DNA of 64,000 nt from a bacterium (GTDB lineage: Bacteria > SZUA-182 > DTGQ01 > JAFGSM01), in the NCBI GenBank assembly GCA_049472315.1, contig JBLIRN010000003.1, forward strand, positions 7,523-71,522, given 5' to 3'. Made by a program: the position numbers and the translations under genes. This document shows positions 53,411 to 62,422 of this stretch, piece after piece (position 1 is the stretch's first letter; every line of letters starts with the position of its first letter). Below the pieces are notes generated by a model that was given only the letters and a program-made list of their open reading frames with translations, had not been told where the DNA came from and did not search any database.

Positions 53411-56400
53411 GAGAAGAGCATCCTCACCAGCCTCGTGACATCCCGGCCGCTTGTCTGGTCTATCTTGAAACGGAAGCGCAGATAGGGACCCTGCGCCGTG
53501 TAATTCGCGTGTGAAAAGTCCCTGTCGGTGAAGCCCGAGATATTGTATCCGATGCTGACCCAGAGATTTTTCGCCGCACACATGCCGATGGAAGGGCCAT
53601 AGGAGTAATCAAGCTGCCGGGCATTCCATGAGTGCAGGATATTCACCCGCACCCCCGCATCCACCCGTTTGGTAATATCATAACGCCCCTCCATGCCGAT
53701 AAGGTCGGTATATCCCCTGTACTTGTCGTCATCCATGGTCTCCAGGACATACTTTGCCCCATACTGAAGGGAGAGCTGGGTCCTTCCGCGGGTGTAATTC
53801 GCATTCAGGTGATTCACGATCCTCCAACTGTCCAGGTCCGTATCGTCATCCCTGCGGCTGTCAACGAGGAAGTCCAGACGGTCCAGGATGATCCAGTCCG
53901 TTTGCGTCGGCCGATGGGCGAGGCAGAGCCGGATATCGCCCGTGCTGTCCTCTGCACCCGTGGCATGTTCGGTATGGAATACCTGTGCGCTGAAGGACAG
54001 GCCGAGGCCATGGCGGGGCTCGCCCAGGATGCCGGTGAACACCCCCCATTTGTGGCTGGTATCTGAAATGAGCCGTTCCACTCGGTTGGTCCATGACCAC
54101 TTCTGCCTTGTATAGGTGGCGCCCAGGGAGAGGGAGGTAAAATCATCGCCCCCGCCGGATGCCGGGGATACATTGAGATTCAGGGGGGTGTTCCCAGAAT
54201 CTTCGATAGTCCTCGTCTGGTCAAGGCTTCCGTCCACCGCCCATTGCTCGGTCACCTGCCAGGTCTGGCGCAACCCGAGATTGGCAAAGGTCCTGGGACC
54301 GTTCTCATTGATATCCTGCTGCATGGAGGTCTGCACCTCCCCCCCCGACCACGGGCTGGTCTTCAGACCGATACGGGACATCTGTGTATCCTCTGCCCTT
54401 CCATCGGTTATCTCATGTGTCGCAAAGAGGGTGGTATCCGCAGCAATATGATAATCCGCGCCCAGCATGGTGCGGGTGGGGAAATCCCCGCTGTCGTTAT
54501 CCCCACCCACCGATTGGGCATGCCCCAGCGATAGACTCAAACGCTCGCCGAACGCATCATACCCGGCGCCTGCCAAGAGCTGATTGGATCTGTTCACCCT
54601 GCCGTCTCCCAGTTCATCCGCTGCACCCCTCATGCCGGCCTTGATGGAATAGGCTCCGTTCCGGTATGTTCCCTCCCCCTCCAGAACGTCGCGTACCGCC
54701 CCTGTGGCGCGGAAGGTGTACCGGTATGCCTGTCCGGAGAGGGTGATCCGTTCATTCACTATACGGGATGCCTCCGCACCCGCCTTCTGTGTTCCTGTCT
54801 CGCTCCCGTTCTGCTGGCCGAGGCCGAAGCCGTCCTGTTCCTCGCGGATATATATGGATCCGTGCCCCTGATCCGACTCATGGGTGACCTCGGCGATGTA
54901 GGCATCCCCTTCCCTCTTTGTCCCGGCAAAGTCGGAGCTGGAGTGCGCCACCTCCGCCTTGATGCTGTTCCCGTGGGAAAGGTCATAGGTCATATCCACG
55001 CCATAGAGGTTCCCCTGGCCACCGATTCCGCCCTCGTGGATATGGGTCGCTCCCAGCTCAAGCCCGCGGTCCATGAGCCTTACCGCACCCCTGCCTCCGT
55101 AATTCGCCGATCGATCCCCATTGTCATGGGATTCGTAATCCACCACGATGAAAACGGGGTTGAACTGCTGATCCTTGCTCATGACAGGCTGCTTGAAATA
55201 GAGGGAGCCGGTCTCGTAATCGATGGCATAATCGATATATCTGGTGAGCTGCTCAGCGGAGATGATCCTTTCACTGTGAAAACGGTCGCGCGTCTGGATG
55301 GCCACCTTCTCGGAGCCTTGGACGATATTGCTCCTGGAGAGGTGATAGAGGCCCGAGGTGCCGTTTCCCCGTATCTCATCCTTGATGAATGCCTGGTTGG
55401 TCTCGCTCACGAATGCGCTGAAGGTGTAATATTCCGACTGCCCTTCGGTCTTGAACCCGGTGAAGGTCCGGCTATAGCGGGAAAGCTCGGTGACCGTAAT
55501 GCCGGTATCGTAATCCCCGAACAGGGCATAGAACTGCCCCCGCTCAATCTTGAGATACAGCTTCTCCGTGCTTGCCGCCTCGTGTGCCTGGCTGGTGGAA
55601 TCCCCATACAGGCCGTAGTAGGCATCAGGGTCGATGTCCTGGTGGAGGTTTTTATCATCCCTGTGCGTATCCCTCTCACTGTCATAGGCGATGGTCATCA
55701 GCCATTTCCCCTTGATCTGTCCCTTGGCGAAGAATGCCACCCCGCCATCGGTGATCATCCCCTCCTCCATGCCGGTCTCATCCGCCCCTTCCATATGATC
55801 GCGTACGGTGGTGTATCCGATGCCCCCCTGTGCAAGCCCCACCAGTATCCATTCCCTGGCAGCGGGCCTTAGCCATGTCCTGATCTCCCGCTCGCCCCCT
55901 GCAAGATTCAGCCGGATGACGACCTCACCGGTGGAGGAGGTGGGTTGAAGCCTCAGCAGCGCAATCCCATCCCTGCCCACCGTATAGCGCGGGCGATATT
56001 TGTTCATGCCGGACAACTGAAAATTCTGGTACGCCTCCGACTCCTGCAACGCGGCATAGGGGGGATCCACGGAAAACTCGCCGATGACCCCCTGCCGTGC
56101 CGGATAGCCATATTTATCGGTGAGGCGGATGGCGATCACCGGAGGGGTCTTCCCGTCGGCACAGGGGACAGAATCCTCCTCCCGGATCTCCACATCGACA
56201 GGGATATCGGAATAATGGATGGAACGGGTAATGCGACCCGTCTCCTCTCCTTGGCTGTTCCGAAGCACCGCATCGAAGAGGTTGTCACCCTCATGCAGGT
56301 CGATCCCCCGCCACACGCTGAGCGCTGCGGTGCCTAATTTGTTCTTGATCAGGGTGTCGAAATTCAGGGGGTCCACCTCCTGCCCGTTAAGGAGCAGGCT

Positions 56401-58920
56401 GATCCGCTCGGATGAATGATGTTTTATCATTACCTTTATGCTTGGGATGGAGGGGAGATACCCCTCTGCAGGAAAGAGCCATTCAAACCCGGACGTGGCG
56501 CTCTCCAGCCATGCATCGTCAAAGGAGGTCTTTCCCTCGGTTACGTCCTGCCCGGTCTGTGCTGCCCCATTTCCCTTCCCAGGAGCAGCACCCTGTGTCC
56601 TGGCCTTCATGAGTTCGCTATTCCCGGCCTGGAAATGTGCATCTATAACTGCAACGGGTGTGCGCCGGTTGCGCTGTGCCTGCGTATCAAAAAGCATCAC
56701 CCCCCGTACCGATCCCTGTTCCCCCTTTGCCTCGGATAGGCAGGCATTCACCCTCAGGGTCTTCGCCCATTCCGCCTGCGTATCCCCGAGGCGAACGGTG
56801 AGGGCGCCATCGGCAATCTCCGGGAGAATCGGCGCTGCATCGAGGAGGGCGCTCCCTTCCTCATAGGCGACACCATCCGGAAGCATCAGCACGATACGGA
56901 CATTCTGCAGCGGTACACCCGTGCCCCCCATATGAATCAGATACCCTCTTGTTTCTCCATCGTCAAGGGGCTCAGCGTCAATCGACATGAATGCCTCGCC
57001 CTGCGGCGGCCTTTTCGGACAGACCATGAAGTCCGCCCGCCACATTGCACCTGCCTGGAGATCAATGAACTGGGAGAAGGCATTCTCGGCGAACCGGTCG
57101 TGCGCACCCTCCTTGGGCCGATATCCCTCCGGGATGCTCTCGACATCCATTTGCACCACATGTGCGCCCGGGTCAACCCCTTCAAAGTGATACATCCCGT
57201 TTTTGTCGGTGATCACCGAAGAGCCGTCTTCAAGATATATCCGCACACCGGGAAGCACGTCTGCGGCCGGAGCCTTTCCCGTGTCCTCCCTGTCAGCGTT
57301 TTCTTTTTGCATAATTCCGCCGTCCGCACATCCCTCGATGCGCACCTGCCCGAGGATGATGCAGGTCGAGCGCATGAACTCATGGCGGACCTTCACCGTA
57401 ACTGCACCTATATTGGAATTTTCGCCCCCTATCCCCGTTGCCCATGCCAGGTTCTCCACATCCCCGATCCTGGCGCCTGCAGCCACCTCAGCCACATAGC
57501 TCACACTCACCTCGGAACCGGCCGGGAGGTCCCCGAGGGCAAAGGTCATGGTGCGTCCGTCCGGGGCAATGAGGGGGGCTTCCCCATGCTTTCCGTTTAT
57601 TCTGGCTGAATCCCTTTGATAGCGAAATCCCTTGGGGAGAAGGTCCTTGACCTCCACACCCGGAACGGTGGCGGCAGCGCTCGGATTCTCCACACTCACC
57701 GTGAACTGGATGAAGTCCCCGTGCGAAACCGTGTGCTTGGAAGCGGTTTTTCTGACATAAAGGGCGGATGCGGCAGGGTCGAGGGGGATATCGATATGCA
57801 CGACAGGACCCGGATTCACCACGAATATTCCGCCGAGCGATCCTGTGTCTATGGCAAAGGGCGCACCGGGAAGCGACTGGATGATACTCGCGGATACGGT
57901 GGAGGGAAAGAAATAATCCGCAGGCGGGGTGATCTCGAACCGGTAGTTGCCGGGGGCTATGAAGGGGAACCTGAATTTGCCCGGCTCAAAGACATACGCC
58001 CTGCCGCTGCTGTCCTTGACGCTTTCCCCCGAGATGACGGTGGAAGGGAATACGCTCACCCCGTCATCCCCGAAGACCGCGGCAGGGAGGCCGGTGTCCG
58101 CATCGATACAGGTGATGGTCGCCCCGTTCACCGGAAGCCCGGTCATGCTGTCAAAGATGATCCCGTATGGATCCACCAGCGCAGCGGATGCATCCGTATC
58201 CGTCCCATCCCATTGGTCGGAGTATGTCGCTGCGACCCTGACATCCTCGGCCACAGAGAGGAGGCCGTCATACATGACAGCGGAAATACTGCTGGTCTGG
58301 ACATAGCCGACAAAAATCCCCGTGTTTTCCCCGGATTCCGTGAGGCGAAGGACCTCCTTCTCACCCAGAGAATCAATGCTGATGGTCACCAGGACCGTAT
58401 CGCGGTGGTCAGGATCGACATCCTGATCCTGATCCCTGAGCACCAGGAAGAGGGGCTCCCCCTTGTGGTATATGCCTCTTTGGGTAAGGGGAACCGGTCC
58501 GCTCATGTCAAGGGGTGTGCCGAATATGGTTGGGGCTCCCAGAGGGCGGAACTCCCCGCTGCCGCCGGAATCATATTCCGTTGCTGCGATGCTGAAGTAT
58601 TCCCCGCCGGACGCCTGGGGCGCATACTGCCGGAAGCTCAGCTCCGAGGGGGTGCGGAACTCGATCTCCATGGCCACCGTATTGGACTGGGCCATGAGCG
58701 CAGCCTCATCGCCGATCCGGTAGGATGCACTAGCCGTATTGAGGACCTTCCTGGGAAAACGGGTCGAATCAGCCCGCAGATTGGATGCAAGAAGGAGAAG
58801 GCAAAGGCAAAGGAGTATGAGGAGCATCGGAGGATTCCGAAGCCACCACACCGCTATCCGCACCCGAAAAGAACATGCCAGGGACATGCCGGAAAGCAGG
58901 GGTGAAAAATCTCTCTTCAT
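53407..58920 (-). CDS. Giant outer-membrane protein with DUF11/SdrD-like domains and a C-terminal beta-barrel
   Basis: Signal peptide; DUF11-like YVRKTAS...DLLP...VENLA; GVRIYLEDG..TDKNGMYHF; about 800 aa of amphipathic beta strands ending YLRFRFKID. Confidence 0.82.
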   Translation of the reverse strand: MKRDFSPLLSGMSLACSFRVRIAVWWLRNPPMLLILLCLCLLLLASNLRADSTRFPRKVLNTASASYRIGDEAALMAQSNTVAMEIEFRTPSELSFRQYAPQASGGEYFSIAATEYDSGGSGEFRPLGAPTIFGTPLDMSGPVPLTQRGIYHKGEPLFLVLRDQDQDVDPDHRDTVLVTISIDSLGEKEVLRLTESGENTGIFVGYVQTSSISAVMYDGLLSVAEDVRVAATYSDQWDGTDTDASAALVDPYGIIFDSMTGLPVNGATITCIDADTGLPAAVFGDDGVSVFPSTVISGESVKDSSGRAYVFEPGKFRFPFIAPGNYRFEITPPADYFFPSTVSASIIQSLPGAPFAIDTGSLGGIFVVNPGPVVHIDIPLDPAASALYVRKTASKHTVSHGDFIQFTVSVENPSAAATVPGVEVKDLLPKGFRYQRDSARINGKHGEAPLIAPDGRTMTFALGDLPAGSEVSVSYVAEVAAGARIGDVENLAWATGIGGENSNIGAVTVKVRHEFMRSTCIILGQVRIEGCADGGIMQKENADREDTGKAPAADVLPGVRIYLEDGSSVITDKNGMYHFEGVDPGAHVVQMDVESIPEGYRPKEGAHDRFAENAFSQFIDLQAGAMWRADFMVCPKRPPQGEAFMSIDAEPLDDGETRGYLIHMGGTGVPLQNVRIVLMLPDGVAYEEGSALLDAAPILPEIADGALTVRLGDTQAEWAKTLRVNACLSEAKGEQGSVRGVMLFDTQAQRNRRTPVAVIDAHFQAGNSELMKARTQGAAPGKGNGAAQTGQDVTEGKTSFDDAWLESATSGFEWLFPAEGYLPSIPSIKVMIKHHSSERISLLLNGQEVDPLNFDTLIKNKLGTAALSVWRGIDLHEGDNLFDAVLRNSQGEETGRITRSIHYSDIPVDVEIREEDSVPCADGKTPPVIAIRLTDKYGYPARQGVIGEFSVDPPYAALQESEAYQNFQLSGMNKYRPRYTVGRDGIALLRLQPTSSTGEVVIRLNLAGGEREIRTWLRPAAREWILVGLAQGGIGYTTVRDHMEGADETGMEEGMITDGGVAFFAKGQIKGKWLMTIAYDSERDTHRDDKNLHQDIDPDAYYGLYGDSTSQAHEAASTEKLYLKIERGQFYALFGDYDTGITVTELSRYSRTFTGFKTEGQSEYYTFSAFVSETNQAFIKDEIRGNGTSGLYHLSRSNIVQGSEKVAIQTRDRFHSERIISAEQLTRYIDYAIDYETGSLYFKQPVMSKDQQFNPVFIVVDYESHDNGDRSANYGGRGAVRLMDRGLELGATHIHEGGIGGQGNLYGVDMTYDLSHGNSIKAEVAHSSSDFAGTKREGDAYIAEVTHESDQGHGSIYIREEQDGFGLGQQNGSETGTQKAGAEASRIVNERITLSGQAYRYTFRATGAVRDVLEGEGTYRNGAYSIKAGMRGAADELGDGRVNRSNQLLAGAGYDAFGERLSLSLGHAQSVGGDNDSGDFPTRTMLGADYHIAADTTLFATHEITDGRAEDTQMSRIGLKTSPWSGGEVQTSMQQDINENGPRTFANLGLRQTWQVTEQWAVDGSLDQTRTIEDSGNTPLNLNVSPASGGGDDFTSLSLGATYTRQKWSWTNRVERLISDTSHKWGVFTGILGEPRHGLGLSFSAQVFHTEHATGAEDSTGDIRLCLAHRPTQTDWIILDRLDFLVDSRRDDDTDLDSWRIVNHLNANYTRGRTQLSLQYGAKYVLETMDDDKYRGYTDLIGMEGRYDITKRVDAGVRVNILHSWNARQLDYSYGPSIGMCAAKNLWVSIGYNISGFTDRDFSHANYTAQGPYLRFRFKIDQTSGRDVTRLVRMLFS

Positions 58921-59184
58921 GATACTCCAGGGAAGCTCCCATCCTGTTTAATTCTTATTTAATCGACTGTCTCACATATTCACTAATCCATAGGGCTCCT
59001 GTCCCTTTGCTTGTATGCACCGCCACTGTCTGTGCAGACATACATACATGGATATATGCCGCAGGTCTGAGTATATGCAATCAAAACCCGCATACCTTCA
59101 TCCCTTCCGCGAACAGCAATCGACATTGTCATAGGGGATTACTGCAGGCATGTTTTTCAGCGCAGGACCCAATGTGGGGGAATT

Positions 59185-60330
59185 CTACTGCACGATGACC
59201 CTGAACTTGACCGTGGCGGTTTCCCCGGCAGCCAGGTCTATCCCGGTAACAGTAACCGTATTTGCAGCGGTAACGCCAAAATCAGCCTCATCAGTATCAT
59301 CAGCGTTTGTCAGCGCTGTCTCAGTTTCCGAATAAAGGTTCGGTGCTTTCACCATTATGCCCTTGTTCGGTAATGTACCATAGCAATTGGGATCAAAGGC
59401 GATTGTCCCGGTCGTGATTTCAGAATTCAGGCTGTCCGATACCGTTATGCCGGTTGCCGTCGCTGCCCCTGCTGCATTCGAAACGGTTATGAGATATTCG
59501 ACAACAGCGCCTGGAATGCGCTTAGGATTCGATGTGCCATTAATCGGATCAGATTTCACTGTCGACTCTTTGGTAACGGTTAGCACCGATGAAACACACT
59601 TGTAATCATCCAGAGATGAGTATTGCCCGTCAGGCGATATTCCATCTATCGACCCCTGCCCATCTGCAAAAACAACTTGCACAACATCTGGGTCATCAAG
59701 GTCACCGGAAGTGTTCAATGTTACACTACCCTTGCTGCCGGGAGATCCGCCGTCATGTGTGGTTGCTGTGAGGTGATAGGATGCATATTGGCCGTTCGTG
59801 GCGCTCAATGGCGCATCCGCCACGATAAAAACGTAAATATTCACATCCGCAGCCAGTTCATCGATGAAGGTGGCGTTATCGGTTCCCGCTTCATAGATGC
59901 CGTTGCCGTTTACATCAACACGGATTTTTACCGAGGTCATGTCGAAAGCATCTTTTGTTTCATCTCCAAACGCGGTTTCACCCCCTGTATCAACCGTATT
60001 TGCATCCAGATGGTAATCCTGGACCGTATTGCCGGTATTTGTCACCAGGAAGGTCAATACGTATCCGGAGCCTCCAGGGGTTATCGACACAGGACTTAGA
60101 TCGTCGGTCGTAACGGTCAGGTCTACCTTGTTGTCTACTACGAAGGTCGCCGCTGAGCTCGTTATGGGCGTCTGAGGTATGGTATTGACCGAATAATCGA
60201 TGCTAGCGCTGTTAGAGATGATGGTTCCAGAAGCGGTCCCGGCCGCATAGACCACCTGCGTCACGCCAAGAAGAAGGGCGCCTGTCAGCACGAAAATAAT
60301 TGCCATGCACAGCAAATCCTTGGTTTTCAC
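59185..60330 (-). CDS. DUF11-type pilin-like subunit (candidate major subunit)
   Basis: GTG start with GGAGG SD; signal peptide; AGTASGTIISNSASIDY N-terminus; C-terminal VTKES...IPGAVVEY...VKFRVIVQ. Confidence 0.8.
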   Translation of the reverse strand: MKTKDLLCMAIIFVLTGALLLGVTQVVYAAGTASGTIISNSASIDYSVNTIPQTPITSSAATFVVDNKVDLTVTTDDLSPVSITPGGSGYVLTFLVTNTGNTVQDYHLDANTVDTGGETAFGDETKDAFDMTSVKIRVDVNGNGIYEAGTDNATFIDELAADVNIYVFIVADAPLSATNGQYASYHLTATTHDGGSPGSKGSVTLNTSGDLDDPDVVQVVFADGQGSIDGISPDGQYSSLDDYKCVSSVLTVTKESTVKSDPINGTSNPKRIPGAVVEYLITVSNAAGAATATGITVSDSLNSEITTGTIAFDPNCYGTLPNKGIMVKAPNLYSETETALTNADDTDEADFGVTAANTVTVTGIDLAAGETATVKFRVIVQ

Positions 60331-60433
60331 TGCAATCCTCCATTGTTTAGATACATATCAAGAATTTGTGTTGCCATGTATATTGTATGCATCATGGCAT
60401 CTCAAAGCGTCTCAAGGTATCATATCCCTTTTT

Positions 60434-60934
60434 CTATTCCAGTTGGGCGAGGTAGGACACCTGGCCTGTTTGACCCGGCTCCACGGCCTGCGTGAGCGCC
60501 CAGCGTATATGTGTATACTCGGAGGCCACCGCCACCCGCTCCTTATCCTCCTCATCCTTCACCTTGAGATTCTCGGGGGAATCGAAGACCTTGCCGCCGT
60601 CAATGGAAAAGGTGATGGACGCGCCATCTCCCAGGGCAGTTCCCCCCTTGTAGATCATGTGCTCCGGGATGGGGTTGTTGATGACGATATCGTTCACGGT
60701 CTCGTTTCCGACAACGGTGTAAAAAATCGTATAGATCACCGTGTCGCCGGGCACCACCTTGGATGCCTCCACCCGCTGTATCTCCTTTTCTCCCTTTTCA
60801 TTGACAATCTCGATCTCCCTTTCGGCAATGCACTTCAGCTCGATATGCCCTTTCTCCTGCGCGATTGCCGGGTAATTCAGGGCGAATGCAAGGAAAATTA
60901 CAGGCAGCACCATGCGGGTACATATCCTTTTCAT
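60434..60934 (-). CDS. Single-domain DUF11-like exported protein (candidate chaperone/cap)
   Basis: Signal peptide (AIA-Q); PGDTVIYTI, NNPIP and HIRW...PGQTGQVSY. Confidence 0.78.
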   Translation of the reverse strand: MKRICTRMVLPVIFLAFALNYPAIAQEKGHIELKCIAEREIEIVNEKGEKEIQRVEASKVVPGDTVIYTIFYTVVGNETVNDIVINNPIPEHMIYKGGTALGDGASITFSIDGGKVFDSPENLKVKDEEDKERVAVASEYTHIRWALTQAVEPGQTGQVSYLAQLE

Positions 60935-60962
60935 TGCTCCTCTCCCTCCATTGTATTGTTCA

Positions 60963-61955
60963 TTAATCAATAGTGACCTTAAAAGAGATGGTTTGTGTCT
61001 CAGATGCGCTGGTCAGCTCCCCCAGCTTAACCGTAACCGTGTTCGGTTTGGTTACCCCGACATCACCTGCATCTTCATCCTCTTCGTCAGAAAGTGGCGC
61101 TGTGTTCAATTTCAGTGTGCCCGCCACATATTCTGTCGCCGCTGGTATGGGATCTTCGATAATGACATTTTTGGCTGTTCCTGAACCGGTCACGGTCACG
61201 ACAATGGAATAGGTGATGGTTGCCCCCGGAACAGGCCTATCCGTTTCGAATGGGTCGAGTATCTGTGCAGATTTCACAATGCTCACGATAACACCGGACA
61301 CAAGATATGTACCGGTGGCGTTATCAGTCCCTCCGGAGAAACCGATGACCGCATCCGTCCCTCCCTGGCCATCACCCTCGAAGATTTCCCCCGCACCTGT
61401 CCCGGTCTTGGATGTGACGGTCAGCCTGCTGTCTCCTGTTTCGCCGTCATTGGGATCCAACGGGATATTGTTGAGGACGAAGACGGTGACATTGGCATCC
61501 GCCGCAATGGAAGGATCATTGGTCCCCACCTGGTACTGGGTTTCACCTGCATCGTAGACGCCGTTCTCATTATCATCAAAGAAGATATTTACCAGGGTCG
61601 GGTCGAAGTCATCGCCCGTGATGGTGCTGAGGGCGGAGAGGGTGAAGCCTTCCGGGCCGTTACCCGTATTGGTTACGAGAAAGGTGAGCACCCGGGATGT
61701 GGCGCCCGGGGTCACGACCACTGCAGACGCGTCCTCCCATGTAACATCGACATTGATAAGCTCATCAACGGTAAGGGTGTATGTATTGCTATCCTTGGTC
61801 AGCCCGGTTACCGTGCCGACGGTATAGGTGGCCGTTGCCTTGTTGCTTATCGGGGTCCCGGCCAGTGTACCGACAGCCAGGGCGGGCGGCGCTGCTGCAG
61901 AGAAAAGGAATAACGCGGTACAGGTGAGCAGTATGCAGTATGTCGTGAATCTCAT
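60963..61955 (-). CDS. DUF11-type pilin-like subunit
   Basis: Signal peptide (ALA-V); GTLAGTPISNKATATY N-terminus; C-terminal IVKSA...PGATITY...EDPIP...ISFKVTID. Confidence 0.8.
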   Translation of the reverse strand: MRFTTYCILLTCTALFLFSAAAPPALAVGTLAGTPISNKATATYTVGTVTGLTKDSNTYTLTVDELINVDVTWEDASAVVVTPGATSRVLTFLVTNTGNGPEGFTLSALSTITGDDFDPTLVNIFFDDNENGVYDAGETQYQVGTNDPSIAADANVTVFVLNNIPLDPNDGETGDSRLTVTSKTGTGAGEIFEGDGQGGTDAVIGFSGGTDNATGTYLVSGVIVSIVKSAQILDPFETDRPVPGATITYSIVVTVTGSGTAKNVIIEDPIPAATEYVAGTLKLNTAPLSDEEDEDAGDVGVTKPNTVTVKLGELTSASETQTISFKVTID

Positions 61956-62031
61956 GTCTCCCCCTTTAAAGAGATGATTCAGAAAGATCCGTAAAAATAA
62001 CCGCAGCCTCTTTAAAAAAGTACCAAAGAGA

Positions 62032-62047
62032 AGCAAAAAATATACCA
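62032..62047 (-). promoter_or_regulatory. sigma54 (-24/-12) promoter of the DUF11 operon
   Basis: Minus strand TGGTATATTTTTTGCT is GG-N10-GC, about 77 nt upstream of ATG 61955. Confidence 0.7.
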
Positions 62048-62055
62048 TACAGATT

Positions 62056-62068
62056 ATTCAATAAGTTA
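62056..62068. promoter_or_regulatory. Putative IHF site
   Basis: ATTCAATAAGTTA, one mismatch to WATCAA-N4-TTR, in an AT-rich tract just upstream of the sigma54 site. Confidence 0.45.
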
Positions 62069-62422
62069 AAAATAAATACATAAATATAAATTATTTTATA
62101 AATTCATGTCTGGACAAAGCGCAAAAAAAGGAACATATGCCTTTGATTTGTTACAAAAAAGCACATCAGCATACTGCCCTCATCCATAGGGCATTTTATA
62201 ATTTCTTGTTTTTATTTAATGTAGACTGTGCAAGGCCCCTTGTTCCATGTGCTTTTTGCCTGCTGACTGTTAAAACCCATACCGAAAGGCGTCCATTGTG
62301 GATTTCATACTATAGTGTGCCCATGATATATGATGAAAATGCGCCCGATTTGATGCCGCACCGCGAACCGGATGAGGGGATTTCTCCCTGCCGATTAGTT
62401 AATAGACAGGGGCGCACCATTC

